14,762 bases of DNA from a virus (Duplodnaviria; Heunggongvirae; Uroviricota; Caudoviricetes). A program made the position numbers and the translations under genes. Each line of letters starts with the position of its first letter. The first letter of the stretch is position 1. Location: positions 1 to 14,762 of the IMG/VR virus record IMGVR_UViG_2684622581_000004; one strand, written 5' to 3'. Below the pieces are notes generated by a model. It searched no databases. It was not told the DNA's origin and worked only from the letters and a program-made list of their open reading frames with translations. Shown piece after piece: positions 6,689 to 14,285 of the stretch.

Positions 6689-6757
6689 CTTGTACCGTTA
6701 AGGTACAAGTATCTTGAAGGTTCATTTCAATCATGTAATATGTACACCGGAGGTACA
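6689..6757. promoter_or_regulatory. OR operator region: palindrome CTTGTACC-N5-GGTACAAG (6689-6709) and palindrome TGTACA-N5-GGTACA (6741-6757)
   Basis: Perfect inverted repeats read directly, flanking and overlapping the PR hexamers. Confidence 0.6.
6714..6741 (+). promoter_or_regulatory. Rightward early promoter PR (-35 TTGAAG, 16-bp spacer, -10 TAATAT)
   Basis: Hexamers read directly, 23 nt upstream of the cro ATG; second operator overlaps -10/+1. Confidence 0.55.
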
Positions 6758-6763
6758 TATCGT

Positions 6764-6964
6764 ATGAAAGCGTATTGGGACTCTTTAACCAAAGAACAGC
6801 AGGGCGAGTTGGCCGGAAAAGTTGGCTCAACACCTGGCTACTTACGGCTGGTTTTCAATGGCTATAAAAAAGCCAGTTTTGTGCTGGCTAAAAAACTTGA
6901 GCAATGCACGTCAGGTGCAATTACGAAATCTGACTTAAGACCGGATATCTATCCGAAAGATTAG
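6764..6964 (+). CDS. cro: Cro-like small HTH regulator (66 aa)
   Basis: Divergent from cI across the operator region; GGAGG upstream; the 167-aa ORF-track version is an antisense extension into cI and is rejected. Confidence 0.6.
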   Translation: MKAYWDSLTKEQQGELAGKVGSTPGYLRLVFNGYKKASFVLAKKLEQCTSGAITKSDLRPDIYPKD

Positions 6965-6995
6965 CAGAACACTTTCAATTTTTAACCACAGAACG

Positions 6996-7559
6996 ATGAG
7001 GCTAATCGTGGGTAAGCATCACTGGAAAATAGAAAAACAGCCTGAGTGGTACGTGAAAGCTGTCAGAAAAATTATCGCGGCGTTGCCGGGTGGTTACGCT
7101 GAAGCGGCTGACTGGCTCGATGTAACAGAAAACGCTTTATTCAACCGCCTTCGTGCAGATGGCGATCAGATTTTCCCGCTGGGATGGGCAATGGTTTTAC
7201 AGCGTGCTGGTGGCACTCACTTCATTGCTGATGCTGTGGCGCAGTCTGCAAATGGCGTCTTTGTGTCTCTTCCTGACGTCGAGGATGTGGACAACGCCGA
7301 TATTAACCAGCGTCTGCTGGAAGTCATTGAACAGATCGGCAGTTATTCAAAACAGATTCGTTCAGCAATCGAAGACGGTGTAGTGGAACCGCATGAGAAG
7401 ACAGCAATTAACGACGAGTTGTACCTCTCAATTTCGAAGCTGCAGGAGCATGCAGCACTGGTCTACAAAATTTTTTGCATTTCAGAAAGTAATGACGCCC
7501 GCGAGTGTGCAGCTCCGGGCGCCGTGGCGTGTCGTGACTGTGGAGAAACTAACGCATGA
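6996..7559 (+). CDS. CII-like phage regulatory protein (putative; YdaT/CP76-like)
   Basis: Position immediately after cro; 187-aa ORF; alternative GTG start at 7008 has a better RBS (GAGG); family assignment is from weak recollection. Confidence 0.4.
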   Translation: MRLIVGKHHWKIEKQPEWYVKAVRKIIAALPGGYAEAADWLDVTENALFNRLRADGDQIFPLGWAMVLQRAGGTHFIADAVAQSANGVFVSLPDVEDVDNADINQRLLEVIEQIGSYSKQIRSAIEDGVVEPHEKTAINDELYLSISKLQEHAALVYKIFCISESNDARECAAPGAVACRDCGETNA

Positions 7560-7894
7560 ACAGTTTAACAACACACTACCGTCGCTCGCAACTGATTGCG
7601 CTTCCTGTACCGGGTGGAAAAGCGAAGGTGGAGTATTGCTATGCAGTGAATGTACCAGGTGACAGGGAAATTGTAACCCACAGCTTTGCAGAGTGGGCTG
7701 TGGGTGATTTCAACCGGCAGAAGGAGACAGTCCTTTGCGACAAGTTAACCGCTGGTTCAAAGATCACTACGGAGTGCCCGTCAGAGTCATTCGTTGGGAG
7801 CCGGAAACACAACGGGTTATCTACCTCCGTGAAGGCTATGAGCATGAGTGCTTCAGCCCGCTCGAACAGTTTCGTCGTAAATTCAGGGAAATAG
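7556..7894 (+). CDS. Hypothetical protein, apparently frame-disrupted (frame changes at about 7705-7740)
   Basis: ATG overlaps upstream stop (ATGA) with GGAGAA RBS; N-terminal 60 aa look protein-like, the C-terminal part is Ser-rich junk, while the -1 frame from TTG 7734 (AAGGAG RBS) to 7914 gives a good globular sequence. Confidence 0.3.
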   Translation: MNSLTTHYRRSQLIALPVPGGKAKVEYCYAVNVPGDREIVTHSFAEWAVGDFNRQKETVLCDKLTAGSKITTECPSESFVGSRKHNGLSTSVKAMSMSASARSNSFVVNSGK

Positions 7895-7903
7895 AGGTCG
7901 GTC

Positions 7904-8845
7904 ATGAGCACTAAATTAACCGGCTATGTATGGGATGGTTGCGCTGCGTCAGGCATGAAATTATCCAGCGTGGCAATTATGGCCCGCCTGGCTGATTTCA
8001 GTAATGACGAAGGTGTGTGCTGGCCATCAATTGAAACCATTGCCCGTCAGATTGGCGCGGGGATGAGTACCGTCAGAACGGCTATCGCACGGCTGGAAGC
8101 AGAAGGCTGGTTAACGCGTAAGGCGCGTCGCCAGGGTAACCGCAATGCGTCGAATGTTTATCAGCTTAACGTTGCGAAGCTTCAGGCAGCGGCATTTTCT
8201 CAACTGTCAGATTCTGACCCGTCAAAATCTGATGCATCAAAATCTGACCCGTCAAAATTTGATGCGTCGAAATCTGGCAAAAAAGCGGGTTTTCACCCGT
8301 CAGAATCTGGCGGGGATCCGTCAGTAAAATCAAAACATGATCCGTCAGATAAAAAAACTTCTCGTCCGGACGCTTCGCAACCGGACACGCAGACGGCTGA
8401 ACAGGAGTTTTTAACTCGCCATCCTGATGCGGTTGTATTCAGCCCTAAAAAGCGCCAGTGGGGAACGCAGGATGATTTGACCTGCGCACAGTGGCTCTGG
8501 AAAAAAATCATCGCCCTGTACGAGCAGGCCGCCGAATGTGACGGCGAGGTGGTTCGTCCCAAAGAACCGAACTGGACAGCCTGGGCAAACGAAATTCGCC
8601 TGATGTGTGTGCAGGATGGTCGTACTCACAAACAAATCTGCGAGATGTACAGCCGCGTCAGCCGCGATCCGTTCTGGTGCCGTAACGTGCTCAGCCCGTC
8701 GAAGCTGCGGGAAAAATGGGATGAGCTTTCCCTGCGCTTATCGCCGTCCGTCAGCACGCACACAGAAAAACGTGAAGACCCGTACTTCAAAGCCAGTTAC
8801 GACAATGTGGACTACAGCCAGATCCCGGCAGGATTCAGGGGGTGA
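7904..8845 (+). CDS. Replication initiator (lambda O-like, N-terminal winged HTH) with internal iteron origin
   Basis: 313 aa; AGAGG RBS; N-terminal HTH-like region; central low-complexity DPSKSDASKS repeats encoded by DNA iterons. Confidence 0.65.
   Translation: MSTKLTGYVWDGCAASGMKLSSVAIMARLADFSNDEGVCWPSIETIARQIGAGMSTVRTAIARLEAEGWLTRKARRQGNRNASNVYQLNVAKLQAAAFSQLSDSDPSKSDASKSDPSKFDASKSGKKAGFHPSESGGDPSVKSKHDPSDKKTSRPDASQPDTQTAEQEFLTRHPDAVVFSPKKRQWGTQDDLTCAQWLWKKIIALYEQAAECDGEVVRPKEPNWTAWANEIRLMCVQDGRTHKQICEMYSRVSRDPFWCRNVLSPSKLREKWDELSLRLSPSVSTHTEKREDPYFKASYDNVDYSQIPAGFRG
8213..8357 (+). repeat. Iteron array (candidate ori): two 30-bp tandem repeats plus further CCGTCAG copies, followed by an A-rich tract
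   Basis: TCTGACCCGTCAAAATCTGATGCATCAAAA at 8213-8242 and near-identical copy at 8243-8272; CCGTCA core at 8219, 8249, 8296, 8318, 8342. Confidence 0.6.
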
Positions 8846-9336
8846 TTATGAGTCTTTTGAATGAAGTTCAGAAATTCATTGAAGCCCATCCTGGGTGTAC
8901 TTCCGGAGACATTGCTGATGCTTTTGCAGGTTACTCACGGCAGCGCGTTCTGCAGTCAGCAAGCAAGTTACGTCAGAGTGGGCGTGTGGCTCACCGTTGT
9001 GAAGGGGATACACGCAGACATTTCCCGCGCCAGACAAAGATATCGCCGGAGGCGGAACGGCAACCAGTTCGTGAAACCAGACCTGTGCGCAATTTCTATG
9101 TCGGCACTAACGATCACCGGGTGATTTTGTGCCTGACCCGCCAGGCTGAAGAACTGGAGTCAAGGGGCTTATACCGTCGTGCTGCAACCGTGTGGATGGC
9201 GGCATTCCGTGAAAGCCACTCCCAGCCAGAACGAAACAATTTTCTGGCGCGTCGTGAGCGGTGCTTACGGAAAAGCAGCAAGCGCGCTGCATCGGGTGAA
9301 GAGTGGTATCTGTCAGGGAATTACGTGGGGGCTTAA
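8842..9336 (+). CDS. yfdN: PerC-family-like transcriptional regulator (YfdN-like, 164 aa from GTG; alternative ATG at 8848)
   Basis: Motif RQAEELESRGLYRRAATVWMAA resembles the PerC/Pch signature; overlaps the upstream stop; size matches K-12 yfdN as I recall it. Confidence 0.5.
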   Translation: MIMSLLNEVQKFIEAHPGCTSGDIADAFAGYSRQRVLQSASKLRQSGRVAHRCEGDTRRHFPRQTKISPEAERQPVRETRPVRNFYVGTNDHRVILCLTRQAEELESRGLYRRAATVWMAAFRESHSQPERNNFLARRERCLRKSSKRAASGEEWYLSGNYVGA

Positions 9337-9989
9337 TGAGTAATAAATATTGTCAGGCGCTGGTGGAACTGCGGAACAAACCAGCCCATGAACTGAAGGA
9401 AGTGGGCGATCAGTGGCGCACGCCGGATAACATTTTCTGGGGAATTAACACCCTGTTTGGTCCGTTTGTTCTGGATCTGTTCACTGACGGTGATAACGCC
9501 AAATGTGCCGCGTATTACACGGCGGAAGACAACGCGCTGGCGCATGACTGGTCAGAACGTCTTGCGGAGCTTAAAGGTGCTGCCTTTGGTAATCCCCCAT
9601 ACAGCCGCGCCAGTCAGCATGAGGGGCAATACATCACCGGCATGCGTTACATCATGAAGCATGCCAGTGCCATGCGTGATAAAGGCGGGCGCTATGTTTT
9701 CCTGATCAAAGCTGCCACCAGCGAAGTGTGGTGGCCGGAAGATGCAGATCATATTGCTTTTATTCGCGGGCGTATTGGTTTTGAACTGCCTGCCTGGTTT
9801 ATCCCGAAGGATGAGAAGCAGGTGCCGACAGGCGCTTTCTTCGCTGGTGCTATTGCTGTTTTCGACAAGACCTGGAAGGGACCGGCAATCAGCTACATCG
9901 GGCGCGATGAACTTGAGGCATGTGGTGAGGCGTTTCTGGCGCAGGTTCGCCAGCAGGCGGAAAAACTGGTCAGGGAGATGGCGGCATGA
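9336..9989 (+). CDS. Phage N6-adenine DNA methyltransferase (Dam-like, orphan)
   Basis: Catalytic NPPY motif (FGNPPYSR); start at ATG 9336 overlapping the upstream stop (TAATG); no adjacent restriction endonuclease. Confidence 0.8.
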   Translation: MSNKYCQALVELRNKPAHELKEVGDQWRTPDNIFWGINTLFGPFVLDLFTDGDNAKCAAYYTAEDNALAHDWSERLAELKGAAFGNPPYSRASQHEGQYITGMRYIMKHASAMRDKGGRYVFLIKAATSEVWWPEDADHIAFIRGRIGFELPAWFIPKDEKQVPTGAFFAGAIAVFDKTWKGPAISYIGRDELEACGEAFLAQVRQQAEKLVREMAA

Positions 9990-10312
9990 CGACGTTAACT
10001 CAATGCCAGCAGCAGGTGCTGGATATGCTGATTTCTTACCAGAAAGAACGTGGCTTTCCGCCAACCAATCAGGAGGTGGCAACCATGCTGGGATACCGTT
10101 CAGTGAATGCAGCAGTGGAGCATCTTCGCGCACTGGAGAAAAAAGGCGTCATCACGATAAAGCGTGGCGTGGCCCGGGGGATAACGCTTCATACCGCGGT
10201 GAAGGCCGACGACAGCGAGGCGGTCGAGATTATCCGCGCACTGCTTGCCGGTGAGGAAAACGGCAGGCTGCGTGCAGCCCACTGGTTACATGAGAGGGGC
10301 CTGAAAGTATGA
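9986..10312 (+). CDS. LexA N-terminal DNA-binding-domain-like protein (no S24 peptidase domain)
   Basis: 108 aa; strong resemblance to the LexA winged-helix DBD (QQQVLDMLISYQKERGFPPT...LRALEKKGVI); ATGA overlap with the MTase stop. Confidence 0.6.
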   Translation: MTTLTQCQQQVLDMLISYQKERGFPPTNQEVATMLGYRSVNAAVEHLRALEKKGVITIKRGVARGITLHTAVKADDSEAVEIIRALLAGEENGRLRAAHWLHERGLKV

Positions 10313-10698
10313 AGCTGAACCTGCCTTTTCCGCCCAGCGTGAACACGTACTGGCGACACCCCAACAAAGGGGCGTTTGCTGGTAAGAGCCTGATAAGCGC
10401 GGCGGGGCGAAAATTCCAGAGCGCGGCGTGCGCAGCAATAGTTGAGCAGTTACGTCGTCTGCCGAAACCAACGTCGGCACCTGCTTCAGTGGAGATCGTG
10501 TTGTTTCCTCCGGATAACCGGATCCGCGATCTGGACAACTATAACAAGGCGCTGTTTGACGCCCTGACCCACGCGGGTGTGTGGGAAGACGACAGTCAGG
10601 TGAAAAGAATGCTGGTGGAGTGGGGACCGGTTATCCCGGAAGGGAAGGTCGAGATCACTATCAGTAAGTACGAGAAAACGGCGGGTGCAGCCGCCTGA
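10309..10698 (+). CDS. rusA: Holliday junction resolvase RusA
   Basis: 129 aa with RusA-like N-terminus (LPFPPSVNTYWRH) and DLDNYNKALFDALT motif; ATGA overlap with upstream gene. Confidence 0.8.
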   Translation: MKLNLPFPPSVNTYWRHPNKGAFAGKSLISAAGRKFQSAACAAIVEQLRRLPKPTSAPASVEIVLFPPDNRIRDLDNYNKALFDALTHAGVWEDDSQVKRMLVEWGPVIPEGKVEITISKYEKTAGAAA

Positions 10699-10717
10699 TC
10701 AAGAGGAGAAACGAAGT

Positions 10718-11515
10718 ATGAATAATCTGATGGTCATTGATGGTATTGAAGTTCGTCGTGATGCTTTTGGGCGTTACAGCCTGAACGATCTGCACAGGGC
10801 TGCCGGTTCTCTGGATAAGCATAAGCCTGCATTCTGGCTCCGCAATGAGCAAACTGAACGTTTAATAAGCGAGTTGCAGATTTGCAACTCGGTCAATATA
10901 GAGCCAGTTAACGTTATTCGTGGCGGAAATAACCAGGGGACGTATGTCTGCAAAGAACTGGTGTATGCCTATGCAATGTGGATCAGCCCGTCATTCCATC
11001 TGAAGGTGATCCGTACTTTCGACATGGTAACCAGTGCACCGGAAAAATTATCCGGACAGGCTGCTGACAAGATGCAGGCTGGTGTGATTCTGCTGGACTT
11101 TATGCGCCGGGAATTAAACCTGTCTAACTCTTCAGTGCTTGGTGCCTGTCAGAAACTCCAGGAGGCTGTTGGCTTACCGAATCTGGCACCGCGCTATGCC
11201 ATTGATGCTCCTGCTGACGCGCCTGATGGCTCAAGCCGCCCCACGCTGTCACTGAGTGCACTGCTGAAGCAGTATGGTATCCGCCTGACAGCTAATCAGG
11301 CATATCACCAGATGGTGAAGCTGGGGATCGTCGAGCAGCGAGAACGGTACAGCCGTACCACGATTAACAACATCAAAAAATTCTGGTCGCTGACAGCGAA
11401 AGGCTGCATGTTCGGCAAGAATATCACCAGTCCCGCAAATCCGCGCGAGACGCAGCCGCATTTCTTCGAATCCCGATTCCCTGAGCTGTTAAAGCTGCTC
11501 GATACCGTTCATTGA
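10718..11515 (+). CDS. KilA-N domain protein (antirepressor-like)
   Basis: N-terminal KilA-N signature (IDGIEVRRDAFGRYSLNDLHRAAG...FWLRN); start at ATG 10718 with AGGAG RBS rather than the RBS-less 10685. Confidence 0.7.
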   Translation: MNNLMVIDGIEVRRDAFGRYSLNDLHRAAGSLDKHKPAFWLRNEQTERLISELQICNSVNIEPVNVIRGGNNQGTYVCKELVYAYAMWISPSFHLKVIRTFDMVTSAPEKLSGQAADKMQAGVILLDFMRRELNLSNSSVLGACQKLQEAVGLPNLAPRYAIDAPADAPDGSSRPTLSLSALLKQYGIRLTANQAYHQMVKLGIVEQRERYSRTTINNIKKFWSLTAKGCMFGKNITSPANPRETQPHFFESRFPELLKLLDTVH

Positions 11516-11516
11516 G

Positions 11517-12512
11517 GTGACCGTGAGAGCACTACTGACCCCTGAAATTGCCCCGCGTATGGGGATCGTATTGTTCAGGCCAGGTTCAGAGTTGATGCCC
11601 CTGTTTATGCAGAGGCGTGTCCTGCTGGAGCCTGAGCCGGAACGTTATTCATCTTTCGCCAGTGGTGCCGTTCCGGCGGCATCACAACCGCTGGCGGATG
11701 ATCCTGCCGTTCGGGCCGTGTTCCGCAATGAGGCAGTGATCCGTCGTGCTGGTGGCGTGGAATGTCTTGAAAGCTGGTTACTTCGTGAAAAAGGCTGCCA
11801 GTGGCCTCATTCCGACTGGCACAGCGAGAACATGACAACAATGCGACACGCTCCGGGCGCAATCCGTTTGTGCTGGCACTGCGATAACCAGCTGCGCGAT
11901 CAGTTCACGGAACGGCTGGAATCAATGGCAACGGATAACTGTGCCCGCTGGGTGTTGTCTGTTGTGCGTCGGGATCTCGGTTTTGATGATAGTCACGTTG
12001 TGACAATGCCGGAACTGTGCTGGTGGCTGATTCGTAATGACCTGGCGGATGCCTTACCGGAAAGTGCAGCCCGTAAGGCACTGAGATTACCGAAGCCTGT
12101 TGTGCAGGCGGTCACCCGGGAAAGTGACCTTGTGCCTTCGGTTCCTGCCACCAGCATTATCCAGGATAAAGCGAAAAAGGTGCTGGCGCTGAAAGTGGAT
12201 CCGGAGTCGCCGGAGTCTTTTATGTTACGCCCAAAACGTCGCCGCTGGGTTAATGAAAAGTACACGCGCTGGGTTAAGACACAGCCGTGTGCATGTTGTG
12301 GAAAGCTTGCTGATGATCCCCACCACCTGATAGGTCACGGTCAGGGTGGAATGGGAACAAAAGCGCATGACCTCTTTGTGTTGCCTTTGTGCAGAAAGCA
12401 TCACGACGAGCTGCATGCGGATACCGTGGCATTTGAAGAGAAGTATGGCTCCCAGCTGGAGCTGATATTTCGTTTTATCGATCGTGCGCTGGCAATAGGC
12501 GTACTGGCGTAA
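11517..12512 (+). CDS. DUF968-family protein with C-terminal Cys/His (HNH-like) motif
   Basis: C-terminal CACCG...HHLIGHGQGGMGTKAHD...LPLCRKHHDELH; GTG start with overlapping GAGG; start codon uncertain. Confidence 0.55.
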   Translation: MTVRALLTPEIAPRMGIVLFRPGSELMPLFMQRRVLLEPEPERYSSFASGAVPAASQPLADDPAVRAVFRNEAVIRRAGGVECLESWLLREKGCQWPHSDWHSENMTTMRHAPGAIRLCWHCDNQLRDQFTERLESMATDNCARWVLSVVRRDLGFDDSHVVTMPELCWWLIRNDLADALPESAARKALRLPKPVVQAVTRESDLVPSVPATSIIQDKAKKVLALKVDPESPESFMLRPKRRRWVNEKYTRWVKTQPCACCGKLADDPHHLIGHGQGGMGTKAHDLFVLPLCRKHHDELHADTVAFEEKYGSQLELIFRFIDRALAIGVLA

Positions 12513-12525
12513 GTGGAGAACGAGC

Positions 12526-13278
12526 ATGAACCTTGAAGCCTTACCGAAATATTACTCCCCAAAATCTCCAAAATTGAGTGATGACGCACCGGCGACAGGC
12601 TCTGGTGGTTTAACAATTACGGATGTGATTGCTGCGCAGGGGATGGTGCAGTCGAAAGCACCGCTTGGGTTTGCCTTATTCCTGGCAAAAGTTGGTGTTC
12701 AGGATCCTCAGTTTGCGATTGAAGGTCTGCTCAATTACGCGATGGCACTGGATAACCCGACATTGAATAAATTGAGTGAAGAAACCCGGCTACAGATTAT
12801 TCCTTACCTTGTGAATTTTGCCTTTGCTGATTATTCCAGGTCTGCGGCAAGTAAGGCTCGCTGTGAGCATTGTGCTGGTAATGGATTTCATAATGTATTG
12901 CGCGAAGTGGTGAAACACTCCAGAAGCGGGGAATCTGTTATCAAGGAAGAGTGGGTGAAGGAACTATGTCAGCATTGTCATGGTAAGGGAGAAGTCAGCA
13001 CAGCGTGCAGAGGGTGTAAGGGTAAAGGTATTGTCCTGGATGAAAAAAGGACCCGGCTTCATGGCACGCCTGTTTATAAGATTTGTGGGCGTTGCAATGG
13101 AAACCGGTTTAGCCGTTTACCAACCACACTGGCGCGGCATCATGTCCAGAAGCTGGTACCAGATCTGACGGATTATCAGTGGTACAAAGGATATGCAGAT
13201 GTCATTGATAAACTGGTGACAAAGTGCTGGCAGGAAGAAGCATATGCTGAGGCGCAATTAAGAAAAGTGACGAGATAA
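12526..13278 (+). CDS. Late-gene antitermination protein Q
   Basis: 250 aa with multiple CxxC zinc-binding pairs (CEHCAGNG, CQHCHGKG, CRGCKGKG, CGRCNGN); sits directly upstream of a late promoter/terminator and the lysis genes; GGAGAA RBS. Confidence 0.7.
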   Translation: MNLEALPKYYSPKSPKLSDDAPATGSGGLTITDVIAAQGMVQSKAPLGFALFLAKVGVQDPQFAIEGLLNYAMALDNPTLNKLSEETRLQIIPYLVNFAFADYSRSAASKARCEHCAGNGFHNVLREVVKHSRSGESVIKEEWVKELCQHCHGKGEVSTACRGCKGKGIVLDEKRTRLHGTPVYKICGRCNGNRFSRLPTTLARHHVQKLVPDLTDYQWYKGYADVIDKLVTKCWQEEAYAEAQLRKVTR

Positions 13279-13309
13279 ATGATTTTCGCCGAAGATAGTG
13301 ACATGATTC

Positions 13310-13338
13310 TTGCATTTTTCAAAAGATCTGGTTAGGAT
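13310..13338 (+). promoter_or_regulatory. Candidate late promoter PR' (-35 TTGCAT, 17-bp spacer, -10 TAGGAT)
   Basis: Hexamers read directly, 32 nt after the Q stop and upstream of a terminator. Confidence 0.4.
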
Positions 13339-13384
13339 TCTCCTAACGATGGGCTTTGTGTGTCTACCATTGATAATCTTCAAG

Positions 13385-13408
13385 AAACCGCCACCGAGCG
13401 GTTTTTTA
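13385..13408 (+). terminator. Candidate tR' intrinsic terminator (AAACCGC-caccga-GCGGTTT + T-run)
   Basis: 7-bp stem followed by TTTTTTATT; placed where Q-dependent antitermination would act. Confidence 0.45.
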
Positions 13409-13566
13409 TTGATGTCAATTGTGTTTTTAAGGCTCTCCTTCCTTAAAGTGTGTTGTACAAAAAACTGGCAGCCAGCTACGCTCATTTTGAAAAAGTGACA
13501 CCCTTCAATGTTTCTTTTGAATGGAATTGCTACCCATAAATCTCTATCAAAAACAGGAGAGCATAT

Positions 13567-13809
13567 ATGGTGGAGCGTTGTTCTGTTTGTGAGCAGTCAT
13601 TAAGTTATTCACGAGAAGTTGAACAAGATGGCGTTGAATATAAATCTTGCCCAAAATGTTCTGCTGATGCCGGAGTGCACGTTTTTTATAAAACAATAGA
13701 CTTTGGTTATAGGGATATGGGAGACGGAAGGCATATCGTTCAGTCATGGTGTCCGGCTTGTCGTTCTGGTGAAAAACCTTCTATACCACCAGCATTTAAA
13801 TGTTGTTAA
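13567..13809 (+). CDS. Small zinc-ribbon protein (80 aa, CxxC pairs); moron between tR' and the lysis cassette
   Basis: AGGAGA RBS 7 nt upstream of ATG; CSVC...CPKC...CPAC motifs; own terminator downstream. Confidence 0.55.
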   Translation: MVERCSVCEQSLSYSREVEQDGVEYKSCPKCSADAGVHVFYKTIDFGYRDMGDGRHIVQSWCPACRSGEKPSIPPAFKCC

Positions 13810-13828
13810 CTCAATGAATTATAAAAAG

Positions 13829-13853
13829 AGGCTGCCTGTGGGCGGCCTTTTTT
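13829..13853 (+). terminator. Intrinsic terminator (AGGCTGCC-tgtg-GGCGGCCT + T6)
   Basis: 8-bp stem with one G-U pair, followed by TTTTTTG; directly after the zinc-ribbon ORF. Confidence 0.6.
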
Positions 13854-13940
13854 GTGCACTACGCAACTTTTGCGACTCAGCGCTATAACCAGCTTCTTTC
13901 CCTTCACTCGTTGCACTTCCGATAACCGGAGGTGGGAATT

Positions 13941-14282
13941 ATGAAAATGCATAACGATCCTCATTCCTGGTCTGACTTACTTGAATTGTTACAGAGCTGG
14001 TGGCGTGGAGACACACCGTTGGGCGCAGTAATTATGTCGATCGTTATGGCTGGCTTGCGCATTGCCTATTTTGGCGGTGGTGGTGGCTGGAAGCGAAAAA
14101 CGCTCGAGATTTTGCTCTGTGGCGCTCTGACTCTGACTTTTGCATCCGCTCTTGAGTATGTCGGATGGCCTAAATCTCTTTCTGTTGCCATTGGTGGCGG
14201 CGTTGGGCTGATCGGGGTCGATGCTATTCGTGGGGCTGCAATGCGAGTAATCGGTAACAAATTTGGTAGCTCGAAGGAGTAA
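13941..14282 (+). CDS. S: Holin (lambda S-like class I, dual-start MKM)
   Basis: GGAGGTGGG RBS then ATG-AAA-ATG; hydrophobic TM-like segments; immediately upstream of endolysin; the GTG at 13932 from the ORF track is rejected. Confidence 0.75.
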   Translation: MKMHNDPHSWSDLLELLQSWWRGDTPLGAVIMSIVMAGLRIAYFGGGGGWKRKTLEILLCGALTLTFASALEYVGWPKSLSVAIGGGVGLIGVDAIRGAAMRVIGNKFGSSKE

Positions 14283-14285
14283 TTT

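Noticed and set aside
6461-6964. 167-aa ORF as the cro gene
   Set aside because: Its first 101 codons are antisense to cI and cross the operator/promoter region; the real start is the ATG at 6764 downstream of PR.
8213-8357. CRISPR-like repeat array
   Set aside because: The repeats lie inside a coding sequence and encode a repetitive linker, the spacing is irregular, and there are no cas genes; iterons fit better.
9552-10254. 193-aa minus-strand ORF (9552-10133) and 170-aa plus-strand ORF (9742-10254) over the MTase/LexA-like genes
   Set aside because: Out-of-frame or antisense shadows of two motif-supported genes; Arg/Ser/Pro-rich translations.
10685-10717. Upstream ATG at 10685 for the KilA-N gene
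   Set aside because: No RBS and it overlaps the RusA 3' end; ATG 10718 is preceded by AGGAG.
13932-13940. GTG start at 13932 for the holin
   Set aside because: The GGAGGTGGG RBS overlaps it; ATG-AAA-ATG at 13941 gives the lambda-like dual-start motif with proper spacing.
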